Notes: a model not told the origin generated them from the letters alone. DNA of 48,099 nt from Bacilli bacterium (GCA_022780765.1 JALEUS010000065.1:1-48099), one strand, 5' to 3'. Positions 14,515-25,652 are shown, counted from the stretch's first letter. Program-made: numbers and translations.

Positions 14515-16125
14515 ATGAACACTCTGTCAGAATCTAATAAATACATGTCTTTTACTGAGGATATCTCTCTTTTAAGTGACAGATTCTTTTATCATAGTCC
14601 ATGTCTTGGCTCACTGTCTCTATTTAAAAATAAAAAACTCATATTTGAAGAGAGCAGAACATACTATCTGTCTTTTTTCTTCACTGAAAACATCGATTCA
14701 TTCACCGGTTGTAATTTTCTTGAAGACATCGGCTTTTCTATTCAGTTAAAAAGAGAAGAGAAAAATCTTCAAGACACAGTATTTAAAGAGAACACTGACT
14801 TTAAAACCACTTTCTTTGCCGATGAAGAGATAAATCTTTTTTCTGATTTAGATTTCAAGATAGTGCAACAGATGAGTTTTAAAAAGAATGAAGATCTGTT
14901 TTTGCTGACTTTTAAATTGAAGATAATGAAAGGAGACATGATAGATTCTTTTAAAATGAACTACAGCGATGATCCTGTCCTTATAAAAAATATAACCTTG
15001 TCAAAAGAAGATGCATTCAATAAAAGAGAACTTGTCGAGTTAGAAGATGAATACATAATAAGGCCTGATGTGTTTTATATAGACAGTCAATACGGGATGA
15101 CTCTGTCTTTAAACTATATTCTTCTAAAAAGTAAAATATGCACTAAAAACTACACCTTGATAGATGAACAAAATTATTTTTCTAACTCTAAAAAAGCATG
15201 GATAGGAATGAATTACAGTATTTCAATTCTCATAAAAAATGAGAACCATCTGTACAGTTACATCTATCATATAAAGATAGTAGACACCTTCGCTCCCGTC
15301 ATCAAGAAAATAAAAAAGGAAAAAGAAGTAAACTGCTCATATAAAGAGATTGAAGACACTCTCTTTGTGTACAGATATTTTAAAATAGTAGATAATTACT
15401 CATCTGTTTTTAAAATCAGATTGACAGATAAAAAAGGTGACAGAATACAAATGAAAGTAGGTAGAGTCGAATGCACAATGACAGTTTTAGATGAGTATAA
15501 AAACAGGAGTGAGTTATCTTTTTTTCTGAGAGTAACTGATGATGAAAAACCTATAATAGAAGCAAGATATGATCACTTCTTTACAAACATGAATCACTTT
15601 CTATCAAAAGAAGAGATGCTCTCATACATCTTTTCTCAAGACGAGATCGATGAGAGTGTAGAATTGAAGATCTCAGAGGATAACTACAGCGATTTTGCAG
15701 ATGAAAAAGGGACATACTCTATCTTGATAGATGCATTTGACAGAAGCAAAAATAGAAGTACAAAAGAGATTTTCATCCATGTCAATCCTTCTGATTTCAT
15801 CTTTTATATAGGTGAAAGCGAAATCAGAATAAAAGATACAACTTTCTATAATGAAGGTGAATTATTAGAATCGTTAAAAACATATAATATCATCGATGAT
15901 AGTTATTCAAATATGTATTTTAACAAGGACATTAAAGAACTACAATCAGAAGAAGAGGTATCACTTATTTTAGAATCTGAGCACTCAAATTCTAAAAAAG
16001 ACTTTCTGATAACAATTGAAAAACATGAAAGCAGAAATGAAAGCTTCCTTGAAAAGATTAAAAATTTCTTTGATAGATTATTCTCAGACATCTCTTCTTT
16101 CTTTAAAAGATTATTTCATCTTTGA
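14515..16125 (+). CDS. Hypothetical protein with Ig-like (DUF5011-like) repeat signatures
   Basis: The track ORF starts at a TTG (14371); ATG at 14515 (MNTLSESNKY) is the likelier start. Segments such as DEKPIIEARYDHFF...GTYSILIDAFDRSKNRSTKEIFIHV fit the pattern D..P.I...GtY.v...a.D.sgN....i.v. No signal peptide is obvious. Confidence 0.6.
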   Translation: MNTLSESNKYMSFTEDISLLSDRFFYHSPCLGSLSLFKNKKLIFEESRTYYLSFFFTENIDSFTGCNFLEDIGFSIQLKREEKNLQDTVFKENTDFKTTFFADEEINLFSDLDFKIVQQMSFKKNEDLFLLTFKLKIMKGDMIDSFKMNYSDDPVLIKNITLSKEDAFNKRELVELEDEYIIRPDVFYIDSQYGMTLSLNYILLKSKICTKNYTLIDEQNYFSNSKKAWIGMNYSISILIKNENHLYSYIYHIKIVDTFAPVIKKIKKEKEVNCSYKEIEDTLFVYRYFKIVDNYSSVFKIRLTDKKGDRIQMKVGRVECTMTVLDEYKNRSELSFFLRVTDDEKPIIEARYDHFFTNMNHFLSKEEMLSYIFSQDEIDESVELKISEDNYSDFADEKGTYSILIDAFDRSKNRSTKEIFIHVNPSDFIFYIGESEIRIKDTTFYNEGELLESLKTYNIIDDSYSNMYFNKDIKELQSEEEVSLILESEHSNSKKDFLITIEKHESRNESFLEKIKNFFDRLFSDISSFFKRLFHL

Positions 16126-16142
16126 CCATCATCTTTCCACGG

Positions 16143-17135
16143 CTAAAGATGAACAGTTGCATCCTTAGGATACATCCTTCTCTCATCATTATCTAAATCG
16201 ATCATGACATATTTATTATTTCCCATATTCATCTCTTTCATATAGGATAGCTGTCTGTGTCCATGTCTGCTTTCGATTCTATGAACAAGAGCGTGCCCAT
16301 CTTTCTCATTCATAGAATAGATGATGTCAACACAAGCTTGATCGATAGCTAAGATATCTAAAGAAGCTAAAATACCGACATCTGGAGTGACAACAGGTTC
16401 TGCAGAAAGACCTTCACAGTCGCAGGAAACAGACATATTTCTCATGACGTTGATGTAACAGATCTTATCCTTAAAATAATCTATTGTCGCTTTTGAAGAT
16501 TCTGTTATTCTCTCCATCAACTCCTCTTTTGCAATGTCCCACATATTAGGTTGATTAGGCGTGGTGTGTATGAGTCCTTTTCCGATTCTTCCATCTGCCA
16601 TACCGATACCTATGTTCTTATTTGAACCACCAAATCCTCCCTGTGTATGTCCTTTAAAATGAGTCAAGACAAGAAGAGAATCATAATCTTCTACACCCTT
16701 TCCAATAGACATCTCTTTAAACCATTTACCACCATTTACAGGAAGATTAACTACTCCTTTATCATCGATGATATCACATTTTGCAAATGTCCATCCGTTC
16801 ACTTCAAGTGTTTTAAGATGATCTTCAGTTGTGTATCTATCCCCTTTGTAATAAGTGTTTGTCTCGATGATAGTCGCACCTTTCAACTCGTTTTCAAAGA
16901 GATATTTTACCCAACTCCTAGGAATAATATTAGGACCATGCTGTTAACCTGTATGAACTTTAACAGCAATATTTCCAACAAGTGTGCTCATGATCTTCTT
17001 GTACGCTTTTTGTAAACCTTCCTTAGAAAGATCTCTGGTAAAATATACTATCGATTCATTAGAAACCCTGTCTTCATAAGGAACGTAGACCTCACCATTC
17101 TTTCCTGGTATTTTCTTTTCTTCCATCCTGTTCAC
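16143..17135 (-). pseudogene. DUF362/COG2768-type Fe-S-associated protein gene interrupted by one in-frame TAA
   Basis: ORFs 16944-17135 and 16143-16886 share a frame. The reading is ...IAVKVHTG-TAA(16944-16946)-QHGPNIIPRSWVKYLFENELKGATIIETNTYY... The family consensus has HFGE at this point, so this looks like GAA to TAA. Downstream, THFKGHTQGGFGGSNKNIGIGMADGRIGKG matches the family core. Confidence 0.7.
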
Positions 17136-17312
17136 TCCTCATTTTAAGTATTCTATCAAAAAATAAAATGTGAATATTTTTCTTTTTTTACAAAAAATGT
17201 ACTTCTTTTACTAAGTTATATTTTTCTTCTCATATTAATATCATCTATAGTCATTCACCTTTAATAAATCTGAGCACTAATTAAAAATAATATGATATAA
17301 TTAACCCGTCGT

Positions 17313-17397
17313 GGGGTCGTGACGGAACTGGTAGACGTGCTAGACTCAGAATCTAGTGATTAACATCATAGGGATTCGACTTCCCTCGATCCCACCA
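17313..17397 (+). tRNA. tRNA-Leu (anticodon CAG), class II, CCA encoded
   Basis: GGGGTCG acceptor pairs with CGATCCC. Anticodon arm CTAGA-CTCAGAA-TCTAG, long variable arm, T-arm AGGGA-TTCGACT-TCCCT. An extended -10 (TGATATAAT, 17293-17301) lies upstream. Confidence 0.85.
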
Positions 17398-17408
17398 TTT
17401 GGAGGAAT

Positions 17409-19250
17409 ATGTTCACAAAGAGTCAGAAGATTACAATATATAATCTTCTTCTCGATAGGTTTAAATTAGGACAAGAAATCACTTATGAGGAGTTATCAAC
17501 ATATCTTACTGAGAATGGATTGATAGCTTCAGAATTCGGATATGATGACTATATATCTCTTATCAATGATTTGAAAGAATTCATCGAGAAAAAGAAGATT
17601 AAAAACAAAACTATTTATTTTATTAAAAACTATGAGGAGAAAGAAGAGAAAACTTTCTTCTCAACGCAGACTAAAAAAAGTCGTTTGAAAGATAAAAGAG
17701 CTATCTCAAAAGAAAAAAACAGTCTCACAAAACTAACTGGTCATCTGGAAGTAAAAAAACAAAAAGCAGATGAAAACAAAACGACAGTATCAGACAACAA
17801 TTCAAAAAAAATAATTAAATTCACAGAAGAAGATAAAAAGAAGATCCTTTCAGTCTTAAAAAACAGATACGAGAAAAACAAGGATTATTATCTTTCTTCA
17901 GTGACACAGTACTTAGAATCACAAGGAATATATTATAAAGAATACGGCTTTAGCAAGATGAAGCTGCTGCTTTCAAAAATTAAAGAAGTCACTGTGACAG
18001 ATAAGATGATAAACAACATCCCTGTCTCATTTGTGAGATTGAACGGAAGTAAGGAAAAAGAAAAAAAAGCACCAGCTTTTAATGAGATCTATTTTCCAAA
18101 CAAACTGATATTATCTCTTCTTGAGCTCGTCTCAGAAAAATACGATGAGAAGACGATACTGCAGATAATAAACACCGACTATCTAAAATCGATAAAAGAA
18201 ACATCTTTTGATTTCTCATCTTATCAGTTTAACCTCTCTATAAAATCAAAAGATAATCAGAATCTCATCATGATAATCAGACCATCGACATCGAAAACAG
18301 AGTACAGTTTCTTTGTCTATTATGTCGGTAAAGAAAAAAGCGCAGCACCTGAAAGCCTCACAAACTACATATCCTTTATCAACTACGATAAAGAGCTTCA
18401 GAACTTAGCTCTTTTAGCAAAAAAAGAGAACTGGTTATTTAGAAATTCAAAAGACAAGTTTATTATTTTAAAAATATATCTTCAGTACACTTTCTCTAGA
18501 TTAGTAGAAGAGAAAAAGATCAGGTACAGCGATGATAAGGCGATTTTAGCTTTCAACACCGGTCTTGTCACTGACACCTACGATGACATCTATCTTGTTG
18601 CACACATCGAAGATCTCAAGCAGGAGAAATACTCATTTGATGCTTTCACCACTGCAGGACTGAACATCGAAGGAAAAATGATAGTGTCACTTGTTAATCC
18701 TCTTCCTCAAAAAGCTTCTTATTACACAGATGCTAACCAGCTTTTATTTGATGCAAAACAGGACATAGTAAGTGATTTTGATCACATTCTTTTAGATAAT
18801 ATCTCAAGGTTGCCAACACAATTCATATATGAAACAACTTCAAACAAATATATAAAGTCAATATGTAAAAAAATAGAAAAGAGCATGACTTCAAACGAGA
18901 AGAATTCTCTGTTTTTAACTTTATCAAACGAGATAAAAAAAGATTTCATTACCTACAGCAACTGCAAGTATGCGATAGAAAGAGCGATCAACTACGCTAT
19001 AAAAGAAGCAAGCTACGACTATCATATACCTCTTGCATGCTTTTATCCTTCAAGAGGAGTCATATCTCTTCTTCTTCCATTAAAGATAACTTCATACAAC
19101 AGAATAGACTGTTTCCTTCTGATTGAAAAGATGCCCTCTAATAACTATCAAGGACAGACTATACTCACTTTAAAACAGGCCTACACAAACTGTCGTCTTC
19201 TATCTCCGATGGTCTGTACTTATCTTGACTGTCAGAAGATAGATGACTAA
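17409..19250 (+). CDS. Hypothetical protein: two N-terminal OST-HTH/LOTUS-like repeats plus a DUF3825-like C-terminal domain (tentative)
   Basis: 613 aa. GGAGG RBS lies directly after the tRNA. Two similar ~60-aa modules: ITIYNLLLDRFKLGQEITYEELSTYLTENGLIASEFGYDDYISLINDLKEFIE and KKILSVLKNRYEKNKDYYLSSVTQYLESQGIYYKEYGFSKMKLLLSKIKEVTV. The domain names are from memory and not verified. Confidence 0.5.
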   Translation: MFTKSQKITIYNLLLDRFKLGQEITYEELSTYLTENGLIASEFGYDDYISLINDLKEFIEKKKIKNKTIYFIKNYEEKEEKTFFSTQTKKSRLKDKRAISKEKNSLTKLTGHLEVKKQKADENKTTVSDNNSKKIIKFTEEDKKKILSVLKNRYEKNKDYYLSSVTQYLESQGIYYKEYGFSKMKLLLSKIKEVTVTDKMINNIPVSFVRLNGSKEKEKKAPAFNEIYFPNKLILSLLELVSEKYDEKTILQIINTDYLKSIKETSFDFSSYQFNLSIKSKDNQNLIMIIRPSTSKTEYSFFVYYVGKEKSAAPESLTNYISFINYDKELQNLALLAKKENWLFRNSKDKFIILKIYLQYTFSRLVEEKKIRYSDDKAILAFNTGLVTDTYDDIYLVAHIEDLKQEKYSFDAFTTAGLNIEGKMIVSLVNPLPQKASYYTDANQLLFDAKQDIVSDFDHILLDNISRLPTQFIYETTSNKYIKSICKKIEKSMTSNEKNSLFLTLSNEIKKDFITYSNCKYAIERAINYAIKEASYDYHIPLACFYPSRGVISLLLPLKITSYNRIDCFLLIEKMPSNNYQGQTILTLKQAYTNCRLLSPMVCTYLDCQKIDD

Positions 19251-21139
19251 TCTTTTTTATATCTCTTTCTGATGTAGAAAGATAAGACATCTATGTCGCA
19301 GGGATGAACATTGTTTATCATGCTGGCTTCAAACAATGTCTTAGGTCTTTTCAAAGACAGTTTTTCAATAGCTTCAAGAGAAATACCTGTCAAAGATGAG
19401 TAATCTATATCATCAGGAATAGGAAGATCCTGCTGTTTTTTTCTTCTCTCAGCTTCCTTTTTTTCAGCAACGATATAACCTTCGTATCTGATTTCAGTCT
19501 CCAGTTTAAACATCTCTTCATCAGTTAAATCAGGAAGAGAGGAAACGATGTTTTTAAGACACTTATAAGAAGTGTTCTGTCTTTTTATGGTCTGTTTTAA
19601 ATTCTCATTTCCATTAGGTTTAGGATAATTTAACGACATGATGTAAGAAGATAACTCTTCATTATTTTTTATCTTGGTCTCTTCTAATGTTTTTATAGCA
19701 GTTAAAATCAGCTCGTTTTTCCTCTTGTATCTCATATAGCGCTCATATGAGTTAGTCTTCAACTGATATCCTTTTTCAAGAAGTCTATCATCTGCATTAT
19801 CGCTTCTGGTCATGAGTCGAAACTCACTTCTTGAGGAGAGAAGCCTATAAGGCTCTAGACTTCCTTTGCTCACTATATCATCGATCATGATACCGATATA
19901 AGCCTCATCTCTCCTTAAAATGAACGGATCTCTTCTCTGTATCTTCAATGCAGCGTTGATTCCGCACATCAGACCTAAAGCGGCTGCTTCTTCATAACCG
20001 GATGTGCAGGCCATCTGACCTGCTATATAAAGACCAGAGACATTTTTTACCATCATGGTCTTGTCAAGCTGAGAAGGTTCGATTGCATCGTATTCAATTG
20101 CGTAAGCGTACTTTAAAAACTTAGCATTTTCGAGACCTTTTAAAGAGTGAACCATCTCTTCCTGGATATCTCTAGGCATCGATGTAGAAAAACCTTGGAG
20201 ATACATAGAAGAGAAGAAAAGACTCTCAGGTTCTAAAAATAGCTGATGTCTTTCCTTATCTTTAAAACGGACAATCTTATCTTCAATAGAAGGACAGTAT
20301 CTTGGACCTACACCTTTGATGGTGCCTGAGTACATACTGGATTTAGAAAGATTATCTCTGATTATCTTATGCGTATTGCTGTTTGTGTAAAGAAGATGAC
20401 ATTTGATCATGTCTTCAACTTTCATAAACTCCTCAGTATCGTATGAGAAAGCGTAATTACCTACAGTCCCTATCTCTTCTTCCATACCGGTGAAATCGAT
20501 AGTGGAAGGATCGAGTCTAGGAGGAGTACCAGTTTTCAATCTGATCAGATTGATGTTCAGCTCTTTAAGTGAAGCAGATAGACCGTGACTTGCTTTTTGG
20601 CCATCAGCTCCCTCGTCATTTATCTCTTGACCTCTGAGAGTACGGGACTCTAAAAAAGTACCTGTAGCTAAGATGACAGCTTCAGAAGAAACAAAAATAT
20701 CCTTATCGATGATGACACCTTTCACCTTATTATCTTCAGCAACGATCTTTTTTACTTCGCCTTCAAAGATATCAATATTTCTCTTTAACAATTCCTGTTG
20801 AACATTTTTAGGATAACCTATCTTATCTTCCTGAGCACGCAAGCTTCTTACTCCTGGTCCTTTCGACATGTTTAAGACCTTCATCTGGAGAAGAGAGCCT
20901 TTCTTGTCAGCCATTCTTCCCATAAGACCGCCTAAAGCATCTATCTCTCTGACAACTATTCCTTTAGCAGATCCTCCGATATTTGGATTGCAAGGCATGT
21001 TTGCAGCCATAGAAAAAGAGAAGCAGACAAGCAAGACAGAGCACTCCATTTTCTCTGCAATATAGGATGCTTCAATTCCCGCGTGTCCTGCACCGATGAC
21101 TACGATATCATAATGAGAAGAAGGTTTTTTTACAATCAT
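19247..21139 (-). CDS. mnmG: tRNA uridine 5-carboxymethylaminomethyl modification enzyme MnmG (GidA)
   Basis: 630 aa. N-terminal FAD motif [16 protein letters not shown]. Conserved [11 protein letters not shown] and TSRAEYRL-like SSRSEFRL. Confidence 0.95.
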   Translation of the reverse strand: MIVKKPSSHYDIVVIGAGHAGIEASYIAEKMECSVLLVCFSFSMAANMPCNPNIGGSAKGIVVREIDALGGLMGRMADKKGSLLQMKVLNMSKGPGVRSLRAQEDKIGYPKNVQQELLKRNIDIFEGEVKKIVAEDNKVKGVIIDKDIFVSSEAVILATGTFLESRTLRGQEINDEGADGQKASHGLSASLKELNINLIRLKTGTPPRLDPSTIDFTGMEEEIGTVGNYAFSYDTEEFMKVEDMIKCHLLYTNSNTHKIIRDNLSKSSMYSGTIKGVGPRYCPSIEDKIVRFKDKERHQLFLEPESLFFSSMYLQGFSTSMPRDIQEEMVHSLKGLENAKFLKYAYAIEYDAIEPSQLDKTMMVKNVSGLYIAGQMACTSGYEEAAALGLMCGINAALKIQRRDPFILRRDEAYIGIMIDDIVSKGSLEPYRLLSSRSEFRLMTRSDNADDRLLEKGYQLKTNSYERYMRYKRKNELILTAIKTLEETKIKNNEELSSYIMSLNYPKPNGNENLKQTIKRQNTSYKCLKNIVSSLPDLTDEEMFKLETEIRYEGYIVAEKKEAERRKKQQDLPIPDDIDYSSLTGISLEAIEKLSLKRPKTLFEASMINNVHPCDIDVLSFYIRKRYKKD

Positions 21140-22539
21140 CCGATAGAACCATCCATATCGAGTTTAATAAGCTGATTTAACTCTACTGCATACTCCATGG
21201 GAAGCTCTTTACAAAACGGCTGTAAAAATCCCATGACTATCATCTCTCTAGCCTGTTTTTTACTCAAACCTCGGCTGGTCAGATAATAAAGTTGCTGCTC
21301 ATTGATCTTAGATACGCTAGCTTCATGCTCCAAAAAAGAAGATGAGTTGCTCACCTCATTAAAAGGAATCGTATCTGAAAATGATCTGTCATCTAAAATG
21401 AGAGTATCGCACTCTTCATGACAGCGAGAAAAAGAGGCGTTCTTTCCTATTTTTATCTGTCCTCTGAAATTGGTGACACCACCTTGTTTTGAAATTGATT
21501 TAGAGATTATAGATGAAGATGTTTCTTTACCTAAATGTATCATTTTAGCACCTGTATCCTGATACTGACCCTCACTTGCAACAGCAACTGATACAGTATT
21601 ACCTTTGCTTCTGTCGCCTTTTAAAACGCAGCAGGGATACTTCATACATAACTTGCTTCCAATATTTCCGTCCACCCATTCCATGAGTCCATCATCATCG
21701 ACAATCGCTCTTTGAGTGACTAAATTGAGAATAGAATTTGACCAGTTCTGAATAGTGGTGTAACGCATTTTTGCTCTCTTTCCTACAAATATTTCAACGA
21801 TTGCAGCGTGGAGAGATTCCTGAGAGTACATAGGAGCTGTACATCCCTCCACATAGTTTAAAGAAGCATCATCGTCAACGATGATGAGAGTTCTTTCAAA
21901 CTGACCACTCCTCTTATTGTTGATTCTAAAATAAGATTGCAGTGGCTTTTCTAGTTTGACCCCTTTAGGAACATAGATAAATGAGCCACCGGACCAGACA
22001 GCTGAGTTTAAAGCAGCATACTTGTTATCAGCTATCGGAACAAGCTTTCCAAAATACTTTTTAAATATCTCAGGATACATCTTTAAACCGGTATCGGTAT
22101 CTAAGAAGATGACTTTGTTATCCTCCACTTCCTTTAACATGTTAGAGTAGACAGCTTCACTCTCATACTGTGTTGTCACACCTGATAAAAACTTCTGTTC
22201 TGCCTGAGGTATACCCAGTTTATCAAAAGTGTTTTTTATCTCCTCAGGGACCTCATCCCAAGAAGAAGAGATCTTGTCTGTCACTCTGGTGTAGTAGGTA
22301 TAATCCTGAAAATCAATAAAATTTAAATCAGGTCCGAAAGAAGGTTGCTTCATCTTAAAAAAGGTATCCAAAGCTTTCAAACGAAAATCTAGCATAAAAT
22401 CGGGCTCATTTTTTATCTTGGATATGGTCTTTATAGTATCTATGGAAAGTCCTCTCTCCGTTTGAAAGATCGCCTTATTTTCATCTCTGAACTCATATTT
22501 TGCTCGGCTATCCTTATCAAATAATTCTTTATCTTTCAT
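21136..22539 (-). CDS. sufB: Fe-S cluster assembly protein SufB
   Basis: 467 aa with full-length resemblance to SufB (for example [46 protein letters not shown]). ATGA overlap with mnmG. Confidence 0.95.
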   Translation of the reverse strand: MKDKELFDKDSRAKYEFRDENKAIFQTERGLSIDTIKTISKIKNEPDFMLDFRLKALDTFFKMKQPSFGPDLNFIDFQDYTYYTRVTDKISSSWDEVPEEIKNTFDKLGIPQAEQKFLSGVTTQYESEAVYSNMLKEVEDNKVIFLDTDTGLKMYPEIFKKYFGKLVPIADNKYAALNSAVWSGGSFIYVPKGVKLEKPLQSYFRINNKRSGQFERTLIIVDDDASLNYVEGCTAPMYSQESLHAAIVEIFVGKRAKMRYTTIQNWSNSILNLVTQRAIVDDDGLMEWVDGNIGSKLCMKYPCCVLKGDRSKGNTVSVAVASEGQYQDTGAKMIHLGKETSSSIISKSISKQGGVTNFRGQIKIGKNASFSRCHEECDTLILDDRSFSDTIPFNEVSNSSSFLEHEASVSKINEQQLYYLTSRGLSKKQAREMIVMGFLQPFCKELPMEYAVELNQLIKLDMDGSIG

Positions 22540-22978
22540 TTTTTTTCTCCTGTAAAGCTTTTTTTAACCCTCGGAAGGATATGTTTGCACAGGTGATCCT
22601 CGATGGTTGGTTATTGGTGTACTTGAAGCAGACAAGTTCAGATAATTCATCTTCGTTATCGCTGTGTCCACTTAAAAGAAAATCATTGAAATCATCGATG
22701 AGCTTATTTGCTTCTTCAACAGTTTTTCCAACTGCTAGTTCTGAAAGAATCGATGATGAAGCAGTAGATAAAACACAGCCTACACCATCCCACTTGAAAT
22801 CGACTACCTTGTCATCTTCAATCAGAACGTAGATGTAAATATCATCTTGACAGGAAGCTGAATCCATGTGGATCTTCACATATCTTTCATCTTCAACTCT
22901 CATCTTGTTTCTTGGATTCTTGTAGTGATCCATCATTATCTGCTGAAGGATCTCTTTGTTATCAGTTGAAAAAAGCAT
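22529..22978 (-). CDS. sufU: SUF-system Fe-S scaffold/sulfur-acceptor SufU (IscU-like)
   Basis: 149 aa. HYKNPRN..., cysteines in [19 protein letters not shown] and ITCANI; position between sufS and sufB. Confidence 0.85.
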   Translation of the reverse strand: MLFSTDNKEILQQIMMDHYKNPRNKMRVEDERYVKIHMDSASCQDDIYIYVLIEDDKVVDFKWDGVGCVLSTASSSILSELAVGKTVEEANKLIDDFNDFLLSGHSDNEDELSELVCFKYTNNQPSRITCANISFRGLKKALQEKKNER

Positions 22979-24194
22979 CTAAATATTTCTCCTTCATATC
23001 TCTAGACACCTCTATCATCCTATCTATATCTTCCTCATCGTTATAGATGTAGATAGAAGCTCTTATCGTTGTCGCTGTGTCAAGAAGCTCAGGAAGCATC
23101 TTAGCACAGTGATTTCCAGTTCTGACAAATATTCCGAATTTGCTGTAGTAGGAAGCAGCATCTTGAGCAAATATACCATCGAAGTTGAAAGCAACGATAG
23201 AAGAAGGAGATGTCTCATTGTAAATCTTCACCCCTTCAATACTTTTTAAACCTTCAACAAGTCTCTTCTTTAAATTGATCTCATGAGAGATGATGTTATC
23301 ATAACCTATCCTTTTTATGTATCTGCAAGCAGCACACAAGCCTAAAGCTCCTGAGATATTCTGTGTACCGGCTTCAAAACGAAGAGGTATATCAGCTAGT
23401 GAGAAAGAGAAGTCAGAAGAGAACCTAGCATTCATCTCACCTCCGTAAATAACAGGTGAGATATTTTCTTCAATGCTCTTTTTTATATAGAGAACTCCTA
23501 TTCCAGTAGGGCCTAACATCTTATGACCTGAAAAGAGGAGAAAATCAACACCAGTATCTTTGACATCGATTCTTCTTGAAGCTATCTCCTGAGCAGAGTC
23601 TGATATGTAAAAACAGTTGTGTTCATGAGCTACTTTAACCAAATTTTTGACATCCAAAGGATATCCTAAGACATTTGAAACACTGGCTAGAGATACGACT
23701 CTCGTCTTCTCAGTTATCACCTTTTCAAGATCTTCTGGAAGAATGTTTCCATCTTCTTTGACATCGACGTACTTGATGATGATACCTCTCTTCTTTTTTA
23801 AATTGAACCAAGGTAAAACATTAGAAGCGTGCTCCTGTTTAGAGATGATAACCTCATCTCCTTCTTGAAAGTAATCTTCAAGCATGTATGCTATCTCATT
23901 TAAAGACATGGTAGCTGAAGAGGTGAAGATGATCTCATCTTTTTCAGCATTGATAAAAGAAGCTATCTCATCTCTTGCTCTTTCAAAAGAAGTGGAGACA
24001 TCATATGCCAAGGAGTAATCACCTCTGTGCGCATTTGCAGTCATGTGATAATTGTAGTTGTTTATTTCCTTTAAAACCTGATACGGTTTAAAAGTGGTAG
24101 CTGAGTTATCCAGATATATGAGCTTCTGATCTTTATAGCACTCATTATCCATGTACATAGGAAAATCTTTTCTGATGCTCTTACCTAACTTCAT
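22962..24194 (-). CDS. sufS: Cysteine desulfurase SufS (class V aminotransferase)
   Basis: 410 aa. YLDNSATTFKP, the PLP-lysine region FSGHKMLGPTGIGVLY and RTGNHCA active-site Cys loop. Confidence 0.9.
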   Translation of the reverse strand: MKLGKSIRKDFPMYMDNECYKDQKLIYLDNSATTFKPYQVLKEINNYNYHMTANAHRGDYSLAYDVSTSFERARDEIASFINAEKDEIIFTSSATMSLNEIAYMLEDYFQEGDEVIISKQEHASNVLPWFNLKKKRGIIIKYVDVKEDGNILPEDLEKVITEKTRVVSLASVSNVLGYPLDVKNLVKVAHEHNCFYISDSAQEIASRRIDVKDTGVDFLLFSGHKMLGPTGIGVLYIKKSIEENISPVIYGGEMNARFSSDFSFSLADIPLRFEAGTQNISGALGLCAACRYIKRIGYDNIISHEINLKKRLVEGLKSIEGVKIYNETSPSSIVAFNFDGIFAQDAASYYSKFGIFVRTGNHCAKMLPELLDTATTIRASIYIYNDEEDIDRMIEVSRDMKEKYLDAFFN

Positions 24195-24847
24195 AAAAGG
24201 ATCTCCTCTATTCTATGCTGAAGAAGAGAATATATATTCTCATCTTCAAATTTTCTGAGCACTGGATAAAACTGTCCTTTAGAAAGGATGATCTTGCTCT
24301 CTTTTAAAGAGAGACCGCGGCTATTTAAATAATACAGATCTCTAGGAGAATAGGAACCTAAAGCAGCTCCGTGAGACGCTTTGACATCATTCTCATTGAT
24401 GTTTAGCACAGGAGAAGACTCAGAGATACAATTCAAAGAAAGATTTGTTATTCTACCTTCCTGCCTGGTCTTTGCTCTCACACTACCTTTGTCGATACTG
24501 GAATACTGTTTGAATCTCAGCACTGCTTTATCATCATTGATTCCGACCATCGATATTAAAGAAGAGCTATCTTTCTCTTTGTGATAAACGTTGATTCTAT
24601 ATATTTTTTTATCATTGTTTTTTGAGATAGAAGCAAGAGAAAAGTTCAAGGAAGAGTACTCTGATAAATAAAAGGATAATTCAAGATCTGTATCAGATGA
24701 GGAAAAATCAACTATATTGAGATCTAAAGAAGTGTTCTCTTTTATCTTGAAGGTAGAACTTATAATAATGTTTTCATCATCGATAAAAAAGATGTTTTTA
24801 GTCAATGAAGAGTTTATATCACCGCCTAACTGCAAAAAATCACTCAT
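24191..24847 (-). CDS. sufD: Fe-S cluster assembly protein SufD (short form)
   Basis: The C-terminus ASHGAALGSYSPRDLYYLNSRGLSLKESKIIL is SufD/SufB-like. ATG at 24847 overlaps the sufC stop by 8 nt; the track ORF begins at a GTG at 24865. Confidence 0.8.
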   Translation of the reverse strand: MSDFLQLGGDINSSLTKNIFFIDDENIIISSTFKIKENTSLDLNIVDFSSSDTDLELSFYLSEYSSLNFSLASISKNNDKKIYRINVYHKEKDSSSLISMVGINDDKAVLRFKQYSSIDKGSVRAKTRQEGRITNLSLNCISESSPVLNINENDVKASHGAALGSYSPRDLYYLNSRGLSLKESKIILSKGQFYPVLRKFEDENIYSLLQHRIEEILL

Positions 24848-25652
24848 AAATGTTCTTAACAGCACAGGAACCTAAAAGGACCTGTTTGCTCTCCTTTTTC
24901 TCGATATTGACACCATATTCTTTTTTCAAAAATCCGTATCCTTCCTGAGAGATCCTCTTAGCAATTGAGTAATCTCCTTCAAGAGCGATCCTTCCGTTAA
25001 CTAAGATAGCGCTTCTGTTAGGCTTGATTAAATCCAAAAGCTTCTGGTAGTGAGAGATGACGATGAAGGTTGTTCCTTTTTCTCTCATCTCGTTGATGAT
25101 ATCAGCAATTATCTTAATAGAATCTACATCCAAACCGGAATCTATCTCATCTAAAAGAGCTAACTGAGGTTTTAATAAGAGCATCTGAAGTATCTCGTTT
25201 CTTTTCTTCTCTCCTCCTGAGAAGGCATCGTTTAGATTTCTGTTGATGAAGTTCTCATCAAGAGAGACCCTTTTGTAAGCAGAGGTGACCTCTTTATAAA
25301 AATTGTAGATAGATAGAGGTTTCTCACTGTGCGCATCTATAGACGACTTTAGAAAGTCCATGGTGAGCACACCCGGTATTTCAGGCGGGTTTTGAAACGC
25401 TAAGAATATTCCCATTCTGCTTCTCTCATCAGTCTTCTTATCTAAAATGGATTCTCCATCAAAAAGGATATCACCGCTGTTGACTTTGTATAGCTCATTA
25501 CCTAATATCGCATGAAAAAGAGTGCTCTTACCGTGCCCATTAGGACCTAGAAGAGCGATGACATCTCCTCTGTTTATATCTAAAGAGAGATCACTGATTA
25601 TCTCTGAATTATCAACACTGACCGATAATTGTTTTATTTTTACGCTTTCCAT
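24840..25652 (-). CDS. sufC: Fe-S cluster assembly ATPase SufC
   Basis: Walker A GPNGHGKST, ABC signature FSGGEKKRNEILQ, Walker B LALLDEIDSGLD. GGAGGTG RBS precedes the ATG at 25652 (MESVKIKQLS). Confidence 0.95.
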   Translation of the reverse strand: MESVKIKQLSVSVDNSEIISDLSLDINRGDVIALLGPNGHGKSTLFHAILGNELYKVNSGDILFDGESILDKKTDERSRMGIFLAFQNPPEIPGVLTMDFLKSSIDAHSEKPLSIYNFYKEVTSAYKRVSLDENFINRNLNDAFSGGEKKRNEILQMLLLKPQLALLDEIDSGLDVDSIKIIADIINEMREKGTTFIVISHYQKLLDLIKPNRSAILVNGRIALEGDYSIAKRISQEGYGFLKKEYGVNIEKKESKQVLLGSCAVKNIYE

